A stretch of 52,980 bases of DNA. Origin: Bacteroidales bacterium. Its GTDB lineage: Bacteria > Bacteroidota > Bacteroidia > Bacteroidales > S143-32. Location of the stretch: assembly GCA_015489405.1 (NCBI GenBank), contig WFZU01000029.1:1-52980 (forward strand), read 5' to 3'. The translations under genes and the position numbers were made by a program. Shown in pieces: positions 46,404-52,980 of the stretch (positions within the stretch are counted from its first letter, which is position 1; the number at the start of each line of letters is the position of its first letter). Under the pieces are notes generated by a model. The model was given only the letters and a program-made list of their open reading frames with translations. It made no database searches and was not told the origin of the DNA.

Positions 46404-47516
46404 TCAATCGAATTTACGGACTATTTTGCCTTGGGATATTTCATATACGGTGTGCTCCGCATCAATATCGTCAAAGATACTCAATATACGGTCTTGATGT
46501 GTGTCGGTAATAAAAATCTGTCCGAAATCATCGTGTTTGACCATTTCGATAAGTTGTTTTACGCGCTCTTCATCCAATTTGTCAAAGATGTCATCCATCA
46601 AAAGTATCGGTTTCAAGTGTGTGATATTGTGAATGTATTCAAATTGTGCCAATTTAAGTGCTATCACATAGGATTTCTGTTGTCCTTGCGAACCGAACCT
46701 TTTGACCGGAAAGCCTTCAATCATAAAACGGAGGTCATCTTTATGAATACCCTTGGAGGTATAATGAAGACGGATATCATCCTCTATGGATGAGCGAAGA
46801 AGTTCTTCCATTCCCTGTTTAAACAGATCCGAATGATAACTCAAACTTACCTTTTCTTTGCCCTGCGAGATAAGATTGAAATATTTTTGAAAGATAGGGG
46901 TAAAAAGTTCAATAAAATGCCTTCTTTTTTCAAAGATTTCCGTTCCCAATTGAGCCATCTGCGGGTCCCAAAGCGCAATATTGGCTTTCTCTTTCTCCGT
47001 AGGAGCAAAATACTGTTTCAGCAAAGCATTTCGCTGCTTTAATACTTTATTGTAGCGAATTAATTGGGAAAGATAAGCAGGATCAAATTGTGCAATTACC
47101 GAGTCAATATATTTCCGGCGGACATCGCTCCCTTCATTGATCAAATCCCGGTCGTAAGGACTTATCATTACCAAGGGTATTTTCCCGATATGTTGCGTAA
47201 GTTTGGTATAAAGTTTATCGTTCCATTTGATGTTTTTTTTCTCCCCCTTACGGAAGGTAATACTGAGGCTAACCGGTTCTTTTTCACTATTTTGATAGTT
47301 TGCATGAATAGCGAAAAAATCTTCTCCGTGCCGGATAGCGGCAGAATCCGTATTGGTAAAATAACTTTTGGTAAACGAAAGATAATAAATCGCATCCAAT
47401 ACATTCGTTTTCCCACTGGCATTGAGACCGGTCAAACAATTGATTTTGCGGCAGAAATCAAAGCTTTCTTCTTCGTAATTTTTAAAATTAATCAGTTTCA
47501 GTTTTTCGAGATACAT
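46404..47516 (-). CDS. recF: DNA replication and repair protein RecF
   Basis: Start moved to MYLEKLKLINFKNY. Walker A is GLNASGKTNVLDAIY, the signature is SQGQQKS, and Walker B is ILLMDDIFDKLD. Confidence 0.9.
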   Translation of the reverse strand: MYLEKLKLINFKNYEEESFDFCRKINCLTGLNASGKTNVLDAIYYLSFTKSYFTNTDSAAIRHGEDFFAIHANYQNSEKEPVSLSITFRKGEKKNIKWNDKLYTKLTQHIGKIPLVMISPYDRDLINEGSDVRRKYIDSVIAQFDPAYLSQLIRYNKVLKQRNALLKQYFAPTEKEKANIALWDPQMAQLGTEIFEKRRHFIELFTPIFQKYFNLISQGKEKVSLSYHSDLFKQGMEELLRSSIEDDIRLHYTSKGIHKDDLRFMIEGFPVKRFGSQGQQKSYVIALKLAQFEYIHNITHLKPILLMDDIFDKLDEERVKQLIEMVKHDDFGQIFITDTHQDRILSIFDDIDAEHTVYEISQGKIVRKFD

Positions 47517-48370
47517 AATTTTTCTATTGTTTTCTTTACTTCTTCCATCAGCCATTGCGGTGTAGAGGTTGCCCCGCTGATTCCGACCGACTTTTTATGC
47601 TCAAACCAAGCGCTTTGCAATTCAGCGGGCGAAGTAATCTTGTGTGTATCCGGGTGCACCTCTTTGACTACACTGTATAAATATTTTCCGTTGGAACTTT
47701 TGCGTCCACTGACAAAAATAATTACCTCGAAGTCTTTGACAAAACGGCGCAGCTTGGGAGCCCGGTTGGCTACCTGACCACAGACCGATTTCTTCACAAA
47801 GAGGGACACTCCCGCTTTCATATTTTTCCGGATATTATCCGCCAGGACTTCATATTGCTCCCCCGATTTGGTCGTTTGAGAAAAAAGATATACGGGACGG
47901 GCAAAATCTATCGCTTGAATATCATCCGGCTGACTTACGATAATCGCCTTTTCTCCGGTTTGCCCTTTCAGCCCTATTGCTTCCGGATGACCGGAGTCTC
48001 CGAAAATGACAATCTGTCCGTTGTTTTTTTGGGCTTCTTCGTAATATTTCCGGATGTTTTTTTGCAAATTCAGGACAATCGGACAAGTAGCATCAATTAA
48101 TTGTATGTCAAGCGATTGCACTTTACGATAAGTCTCCGGATGTTCGCCGTGCGCTCTAAAAAGCAATTTCTTACCCTTGATATCGGGAAGGAAAGATTTA
48201 TCGATAAAACGAATGCCGGCTTCTTCCAACCTTTTTATCTCGGCTTCATTATGTACAATGTCCCCCAAACAATATAAAGGTTCGTCCGGACTTAGCTCTT
48301 TTTGAGCTATTTCAATAGCATTGACTACCCCGAAACAAAATCCCGCATCTTTCTCTATTTCTATCTTCAT
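47498..48370 (-). CDS. ispH: 4-hydroxy-3-methylbut-2-enyl diphosphate reductase
   Basis: GFCFGVVNAIE (first Cys ligand), ATCPIV (second Cys ligand) and the SVCGQV region. Length 290 aa. Confidence 0.9.
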   Translation of the reverse strand: MKIEIEKDAGFCFGVVNAIEIAQKELSPDEPLYCLGDIVHNEAEIKRLEEAGIRFIDKSFLPDIKGKKLLFRAHGEHPETYRKVQSLDIQLIDATCPIVLNLQKNIRKYYEEAQKNNGQIVIFGDSGHPEAIGLKGQTGEKAIIVSQPDDIQAIDFARPVYLFSQTTKSGEQYEVLADNIRKNMKAGVSLFVKKSVCGQVANRAPKLRRFVKDFEVIIFVSGRKSSNGKYLYSVVKEVHPDTHKITSPAELQSAWFEHKKSVGISGATSTPQWLMEEVKKTIEKLCISKN

Positions 48371-48560
48371 TTACTTTTCTTTTCAATGCGAAAGTACAAA
48401 ATATTCACTTTGACCACAGCAAAAATTCTTAGTCCCTTCTCCCCTTTTGATTCGCAGAGAGTTTTACGGCAAGCCGCAATAACTTTCCATTATCATTGAA
48501 AAAGGGAAGAATCTGCCTTGCAGAATAAAGAAAATTCCCTTCGTCGAGCATCCATAGCGA

Positions 48561-48617
48561 AAAAAAAGCCTCTTGAAAGCATCGACACCAAAGGTATTAC
48601 TATACTTTCAAAAGGCT
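48561..48617 (-). terminator. Rho-independent terminator of the 1206-aa gene
   Basis: On the minus strand, AGCCTTTTGAAAG pairs with CTTTCAAGAGGCT across a long loop (imperfect stem of about 13 bp), followed by T8. Confidence 0.55.
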
Positions 48618-48639
48618 CAACAAATGTTGTTTACGGAGT

Positions 48640-51600
48640 TTACTCGACAATAAACTTTTCGACCGATTGGGTTTGCGTATCTTTGTCTATCAGATTGATA
48701 AAATACACTCCTTTGTTCCAATCTTTTACACTAATTTCTTCCAATTTATCATGTTGTACGTCATCATAGAGGACATCTCCGAGAATAGAAGTAATGCGTA
48801 TGCGATAATGAGAGCTATTCGATTTGACAAAAAGTGTTTTGCTGACCGGATTCGGATAAACGGAAAAACGTTTATATGCCGGTATATCCTTGGTACTCAA
48901 TGGCATATCAACAAATTCAATATCGTCAATATAGAAATTGTTTCCGAAATTGTTCACCAATGCCAAAGCAATTTTCACATTATTCATTCCGGTATATTGC
49001 GGAAAATGAACGGATAAATACATGCTCCAATCCTCTGCTCCCTGGGGTGTAAAGGCATAGTTTGCAACCGGATCAACGGTTTCAAAATACCCATCTTCGG
49101 AAACATAAAAAGAAGTAATCTTATCCCAGGAAGCGCCACAATCCGTGGAACCGTAAATATGCAAGGTATCCGAATATCCGGTAAAGCGGCGTGCATACGA
49201 ATGTTTAAATATCAATGTGGGCGTTTCGACGACATTGGTAAAATCCAAAGGAGGTGAGATTAACCAATCTACCGAACCTGCTTGGGAATAATAATCGTAC
49301 AGATTGAGTTTCAAGGCTTTATTATCCGCCTCTTCCCTTGGAGCCGTAGCAATTTCCCAAGTAATCATTCCATCGGGATTTTCAATAGACCAGGCGCTGT
49401 TATCCGGCTCTTCCATATTTTCAAAGTCTTCGGAATAAGGCAATTCAAAACCTCCGGAGGATAAAAAGTCTGATTTTTCGAGACTTTGTGAACCATTGAC
49501 ATTAGTTGCGGTCAAGGTAACCGAATACACTCCGGACTCATCCAGGCTTATGACCGGATTTTGAGAGGCAGCGGATGTCCCGTTAAGAAAGGTTACCGTA
49601 TTGGGACTAAACTCCCAGTTCCAAGAGACCGGACAGAAAATACTTTCGTCGTACAACTCAATAGCATCACCGGTACAAGCAACCGGATTGGGAGAAGAGA
49701 AATCCACTTCGGGAAACAATCCGGCATCCACCGTAATATATCCTTCCACGGTCTTGGTATCCTGTCCGGAGGCATTGCTGACCTCCAGGCTCACCGCGTA
49801 CGTACCTGCAGCGGGGAAAGTGATTCCGGACGGATTTTGCTCGGTGGAAGTGGAAGGCGTTCCGCCGGTGAAAGTCCATTGCCAGGTGAATGGATTTCCG
49901 GTGGATTGATCCGTAAAATTGACGGCACAGCCCGGAGCAGTAGTCTGATAATCAACGCTGAAATCCGCCACAGGCGCTTCGTTCCATACGGGTGATTCCC
50001 ATAAACCACGCCCGTAAGTGCCTGCCCGTACCCTGTCATTGGAAGGGTCATCTTCGTCGTGGAAATACTCCACCTCATTCACGGAAGCATCCATAGGAAG
50101 TCCCGAGGAAAACGGCACCCAATCATCCATATTTTTATCCCGGTAGAAGACGCCCAAATCCGTACCGATATACAAGCCTTGTGTGCCATGGGCATAATAG
50201 ACAACCGAATTAATATTTACGCTTGGCAGACTTCCGCTAATGTCTTCCCATACGGTACCCCGGTCTTCCGAACGGTAAATCTTAGTCCCTTGTCCTATCC
50301 ATACGACATCCGGATTATCCGGGTCTGTCTCGATAGTGAAAATATCATTGTTGTTGGGGACAAAAGACGCTAAGGGAACCCATGCAGGAGCATCGTCCAT
50401 CACATTATCGGAACGATATAATTTTTTCCCTCTGGCATAATAGAAAATACCGGGATCGGCACGGGATGCTTCTACAACCTCAATAGAGCCCCCGCCGATG
50501 GTGGTTATTTTTTCCCAACTAACCGAAGAGGTAACACTCGTAGTACGCCAAATATTATTCATTCCGACAAACATAGTGTTGTGGTCAAACTCACTCAAAC
50601 AATAAGGAGTAATCCAGCCGCCGGACTCATTCATTCCGTTCACACCGTCGCCGGCAATCTGAACATTATTGCCATTGTTTACAATCCGGTCTATATTTCC
50701 GTAATAGAGTTCCGCATAACTAAATCCAAGGTTGGTATGATCCACCAGGCAATCCATTCCGTCACCGCCCATTACTTTTTTCCAATAGCTTCCGAGGTAG
50801 GTCGCAGTTCCATTGTCTTGCGCCCCTACCATAACCTTGTGCGCATTAGTTTTACTTCCTCCGATGCGGTACACCTGTTGAATACTCAAATTATTTGAAA
50901 TCGCATGCCAAGTATTACCTCCGTCTGCGGTATAAAAAATCCCCCCGTCATTGCCGGCATAAATCCGGTTATTCAACGGATTATATTCCAGGACATGCAA
51001 GTCTGCGTGCACATGCGGGACTCCACAACCGCCATACCAATGGGAGTTAATCTGCCATGTGCTTCCGCCGTCGCTTGACTTCCAACAATTGACTCCACCG
51101 GCATAAATGGAATTTTGCATGGAAGGATTGGTCGTAATATCCAAATCATACCATGCTTGTCCGCTGGAGCCTCCGTAACATTCCCACCCCATGATATTGG
51201 GAGAGGTAGATTTTAATGTGAAACTATTTCCACTGTTAGTCGATTTGTAAAGCGCATTAAATTCATTCCCTCCGGTCAAAAGAAAATATACGATACTCGG
51301 ATTTTCCGGAGTTACGGCAATTACCGAACGGGCACCATTCATTATATTGCCGGAAATATCATTCCAGGATTCGCCGGCATCCGTAGATTTATAGATTTTT
51401 CCACCTTTGGTGGCATATATTACATTGCTACTGAAAGGTTTATAAACCAATTCTCTAAAATTACCGGTCATCTTAATCTCCCAGTTTTGCCCCCCATCGG
51501 TAGTTTTGAAAATTCCGCCGGAGGTGCCTGCCAATAGGATATCCGGGTTGTTTATGTCTTGAATTAATCTTCCGACGGTAACATTTCCCATTCCATTGTT

Positions 51601-52260
51601 CATCAATGTCCAAGATTGCCCGTTGTCGGTAGATTTAAACACGCCCATACCAACGGCATCTCCGGCATCACGGTCTCCACTTCCGAAATAGATAATAGCA
51701 GGATTGTCATAGTCCACGACAATGGAAGAAACGCCCATAGTGGGCAAATAATCCGTAAGACTTTCCCAATAATCACCCCCGTTAGTAGTCCGCCACAAGC
51801 CGCCGGCGGGGGTTCCCACGTAAATGATGTCTTCATCCGTTGGATGAAATGCAATGGCATTGACCCTGCCGACACCGCCTCCTCCAACTACGTCATAAGT
51901 AGGTCCCAAATTAGTCCATTCACCGGAGTTTTTGGACAGTTTCCCTTTCTCTACGAAATATTTTTGATATTCCTTGTAGATATAATCCGCCGGGATGCGG
52001 CTACCATCCGGACGGATATGCCGTTTGGCATTCCACTCCCAGCGTTTAAACTGTTTCCAGCCCTTCTCTTGAGTCATATCTTTCCCCTCATAGTAAAGAT
52101 TAAAGGCTTTTTGCACTTCATAGAAATTAACATCCGGATCAAGCATCATCCCGCGCCAATAAGGATGCTTCCGGTATTCATCATCCGAATGTTTTTGCGC
52201 TGATAATGAAAATGTTATAGCAAATATTGCTACCAAAATAAAAAAGATTTTTCTTGTCAT
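48640..52260 (-). CDS. Large T9SS-sorted protein: Sortilin/VPS10-type BNR (Asp-box) beta-propellers + PKD repeats + jelly-roll-like domain + Por C-terminal sorting domain
   Basis: Signal peptide. At least seven SxDxGxTW Asp-boxes are present (STDNGQSWT, TTDGGQNWE, STDAGESWN, SSDGGSTWQ, TADGGNTWH, SEDRGTVWE, STDCGASWD). There are two PKD-like repeats (VADFSVDY...FTDQSTGNPFTWQWTF and VDFSSPNP...WNWEF). The C-terminal sorting domain is FSVYPNPVSKTLFV...GVYFINLI. Confidence 0.8.
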   Translation of the reverse strand: MTRKIFFILVAIFAITFSLSAQKHSDDEYRKHPYWRGMMLDPDVNFYEVQKAFNLYYEGKDMTQEKGWKQFKRWEWNAKRHIRPDGSRIPADYIYKEYQKYFVEKGKLSKNSGEWTNLGPTYDVVGGGGVGRVNAIAFHPTDEDIIYVGTPAGGLWRTTNGGDYWESLTDYLPTMGVSSIVVDYDNPAIIYFGSGDRDAGDAVGMGVFKSTDNGQSWTLMNNGMGNVTVGRLIQDINNPDILLAGTSGGIFKTTDGGQNWEIKMTGNFRELVYKPFSSNVIYATKGGKIYKSTDAGESWNDISGNIMNGARSVIAVTPENPSIVYFLLTGGNEFNALYKSTNSGNSFTLKSTSPNIMGWECYGGSSGQAWYDLDITTNPSMQNSIYAGGVNCWKSSDGGSTWQINSHWYGGCGVPHVHADLHVLEYNPLNNRIYAGNDGGIFYTADGGNTWHAISNNLSIQQVYRIGGSKTNAHKVMVGAQDNGTATYLGSYWKKVMGGDGMDCLVDHTNLGFSYAELYYGNIDRIVNNGNNVQIAGDGVNGMNESGGWITPYCLSEFDHNTMFVGMNNIWRTTSVTSSVSWEKITTIGGGSIEVVEASRADPGIFYYARGKKLYRSDNVMDDAPAWVPLASFVPNNNDIFTIETDPDNPDVVWIGQGTKIYRSEDRGTVWEDISGSLPSVNINSVVYYAHGTQGLYIGTDLGVFYRDKNMDDWVPFSSGLPMDASVNEVEYFHDEDDPSNDRVRAGTYGRGLWESPVWNEAPVADFSVDYQTTAPGCAVNFTDQSTGNPFTWQWTFTGGTPSTSTEQNPSGITFPAAGTYAVSLEVSNASGQDTKTVEGYITVDAGLFPEVDFSSPNPVACTGDAIELYDESIFCPVSWNWEFSPNTVTFLNGTSAASQNPVISLDESGVYSVTLTATNVNGSQSLEKSDFLSSGGFELPYSEDFENMEEPDNSAWSIENPDGMITWEIATAPREEADNKALKLNLYDYYSQAGSVDWLISPPLDFTNVVETPTLIFKHSYARRFTGYSDTLHIYGSTDCGASWDKITSFYVSEDGYFETVDPVANYAFTPQGAEDWSMYLSVHFPQYTGMNNVKIALALVNNFGNNFYIDDIEFVDMPLSTKDIPAYKRFSVYPNPVSKTLFVKSNSSHYRIRITSILGDVLYDDVQHDKLEEISVKDWNKGVYFINLIDKDTQTQSVEKFIVE

Positions 52261-52548
52261 CGTATTTCTAACTTTTGTTGTTTTACATTAGTCGTCTGTA
52301 CCGGGCTCACCTTACAATCACCTGCCGTGGCAAAGATCCAAAGGCTTCATTGTTACCATAACCTTCAGGAACTTCTTTCAGCAAGCCCGTATGGCTGACC
52401 GCAGACTCAGACCACTTACTCGATTTATAAGGGAAGAAACGGGGGGTAGCACTTCGATTGCAAACAAAAGGAAAAGCCACCCCTAATCACTTGCCCTGCG
52501 AAAGCAAGACAAGCATGCCGGGAAAAAGTTGCATGCAGAATATTTAGT

Positions 52549-52708
52549 GCCTGTCCATAAAGTCGGGAGTCTAGGCTGGAATATTCAAGAACAAGGCTTG
52601 CGAAATACTCAAAATCAAGGAGTTGACTTCTGTCAATGTGTTACATTGAGCTTGCCGAAATGAAGTTTTGAATATAAGCGTAACGAAGTTATTGGATATT
52701 ATAGACAG
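52549..52708 (+). repeat. Interspersed palindromic repeat, copy F1 (full length)
   Basis: GCCTGTCCATAAAG...TTCAAGAACAAGGCTTGCGAAATACTCAAAATCAAGGAGTTGACTTCTGTCAATGTGTTACATTGAGCTTGCCGAAATGAAGTTTTGAATATAAGCGTAACG...TTATTGGATATTATAGACAG. Confidence 0.9.
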
Positions 52709-52718
52709 ACTCTATTTA

Positions 52719-52859
52719 GAGCTTGTCTATAATGTCCGACTTCTGCGTTACGCTCGTTCTGAAACCAGTCATTGACGTAAGTCAACTCCTTTGCTTTCAG
52801 AACTTCACAAGCCTTGAATTCGAACATTATAGCTCAAGCTCTTGACTTTATGGACAGAC
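52719..52859 (-). repeat. Interspersed palindromic repeat, copy F2 (short-core variant, inverted, head-to-head with F1)
   Basis: GAGCTTGTCTATAATGTCCGACTTCTGCGTTACGCTC is the reverse complement of the right end of copy E. The sequence ends ...GAACATTATAGCTCAAGCTCTTGACTTTATGGACAG. It lacks the GCCGAAAT core segment. Confidence 0.8.
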
Positions 52860-52873
52860 ACTATTTACAGCTT

Positions 52874-52980
52874 TTAATCCTCCGGTGCAAACATCGGATC
52901 CCATACAGGAAGTTTGATAGTCTCCTGCTCAAAAAGCTTGAGCGTAGCGGGAGAAACAAATTTCTTATTCACTACCAGAC
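52874..52980 (-). CDS. 3' end of an unidentified gene (partial, runs off the window)
   Basis: Hand translation of the minus strand gives ...LVVNKKFVSPATLKLFEQETIKLPVWDPMFAPED* with the stop at 52874-52876. The frame is open to the window edge. Only 35 codons are visible and no family is recognised. Confidence 0.35.
   Translation of the reverse strand, partial: LVVNKKFVSPATLKLFEQETIKLPVWDPMFAPED

Noticed and set aside
52261-52548. TPP or other known riboswitch in the leader of the 1206-aa gene (contains GGGGTG, CTGAG, CCTGA...GG.TAA fragments)
   Set aside because: The fragments are not in the order or spacing of the TPP consensus, and the downstream gene has no thiamine link. I kept it only as an unexplained structured or GC-rich leader.
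1-52980. CRISPR arrays, tRNA/rRNA genes, prophage or defence-island gene sets
   Set aside because: I saw no regularly spaced direct repeats, no cloverleaf-like or rRNA-like sequences, and no nuclease, helicase or methylase gene clusters. The only RadC/JAMM gene stands alone in a housekeeping context.

Overview
This window reads as chromosomal DNA from a Bacteroidota (Bacteroidales-like) organism. The evidence is several Por/T9SS C-terminal sorting domains, PorU-like C25 peptidases, TAnnTTTG promoter boxes, and the DUF1573-yajC-YbbR-coaE gene order. About 36 genes can be supported, most of them housekeeping: yaaA, three secreted metallopeptidase modules, coaE, yajC, ilvE, amt, a GH31 hydrolase, a CcoI-type P-type ATPase, a Nudix hydrolase, an alpha-oxoamine synthase, radC, tcdA, recF and ispH. 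No rRNA, tRNA or CRISPR array was seen. Four things go beyond routine annotation. (1) A clear cobalamin riboswitch on the minus strand (about 33680-33845) heads an operon of two T9SS-sorted proteins of unknown function plus a BtuB-sized TonB-dependent receptor. This is a candidate T9SS-anchored B12 capture system. (2) A structured 80-185 bp interspersed repeat family has seven copies or fragments, always 3' of genes, and its terminal TAG supplies the stop codon of two genes. (3) Two diverged full-length PorU-like sortase paralogs sit in tandem with no porV beside them. (4) A small AT-rich islet encodes two orphan secreted proteins, one carrying xGDxxx hexapeptide repeats. Smaller oddities are a receiver/PEP-binding kinase-like protein paired with an HD-like protein that has CD in place of HD, an orphan xanthine dehydrogenase Mo subunit, a tyrosine recombinase relic, and an ORF-free, relatively GC-rich leader. 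All calls come from reading the translations and motifs by eye. No database search was run.
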